A stretch of DNA of 64,000 bases from a virus (taxonomy: Duplodnaviria; Caudoviricetes): the IMG/VR virus record IMGVR_UViG_3300044840_000109, positions 1-64,000 of that record. One strand, written 5' to 3'. A program made the position numbers and the translations under genes. This document shows positions 63,847 to 64,000 of this stretch, one piece after another; positions within the stretch are counted from its first letter, which is position 1, and the number at the start of each line of letters is the position of its first letter. The notes under the pieces were generated by a model that was not told the DNA's origin, did no database searches, and worked only from the letters and a program-made list of their open reading frames with translations.

Positions 63847-64000
63847 TTACGCCAGGAACGGCGCGACGGTGCCAGCGGGGCCGTAGGTCTTGGCGACCTT
63901 GAAGTCCCATCCTTCGTGTGCGAACGTAATCTGCTGCAGCTCGACGCCGTTTGCCCCGCTGTCGAGGTCGCCAAAGGCAACGCTGGTGGGCCAAGCGTTG
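63847..64000 (-). CDS. tail tube protein (T4 gp19-like), 3' end only
   Basis: NAWPTS..FGDLD.G.NGV....IT.AHEGW. Confidence 0.88.
   Translation of the reverse strand, partial: NAWPTSVAFGDLDSGANGVELQQITFAHEGWDFKVAKTYGPAGTVAPFLA

Noticed and set aside
1-64000. global TGA-to-Trp recoding
   Set aside because: Many genes end at TGA overlapping the next start, and Trp is encoded by TGG throughout.
53745-64000. stand-alone extracellular contractile injection system or T6SS
   Set aside because: The tail genes are contiguous with phage replication, lysis and integration genes and include a long tape measure.

Overview
The whole 64 kb window reads as bacteriophage DNA with no host housekeeping genes. 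It is high-GC and most likely a large temperate phage of a filamentous actinomycete, with a contractile tail. Layout: (1) 1-8.9 kb, + strand, small 'early' genes including an Arr-like ADP-ribosyltransferase; (2) 9.0-13.1 kb, a membrane-protein cluster, an Lsr2 fusion and Zn-finger proteins; (3) 13.1-19.7 kb, a YkgJ-type protein, a large serine integrase with a C-terminal IS5/DUF4096-like helical domain, an XRE regulator, a lipoprotein and a BldG/RsbV-type anti-sigma antagonist; (4) 19.7-64 kb, almost entirely - strand: TGT/DpdA-like protein, HNH, lysis genes, small basic proteins, SpoVS, recombination and replication genes (RuvC, Cas4-like, WhiB, RecA, Pol A, SSB, SNF2, primase, DnaB, DnaC-like, initiator with likely origin), then baseplate, tape measure, chaperone and the end of the tail tube gene. 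Most striking: a set of host development regulator mimics (BldG-like protein with Ala at the phospho-Ser, SpoVS, WhiB, Lsr2 fusion), three in-frame UGA-C codons inside coding-like frames, and a probable +1 frameshift at TTT_CGT_TGA in the tail chaperone. All family assignments are from motif recognition by eye; no searches were run.
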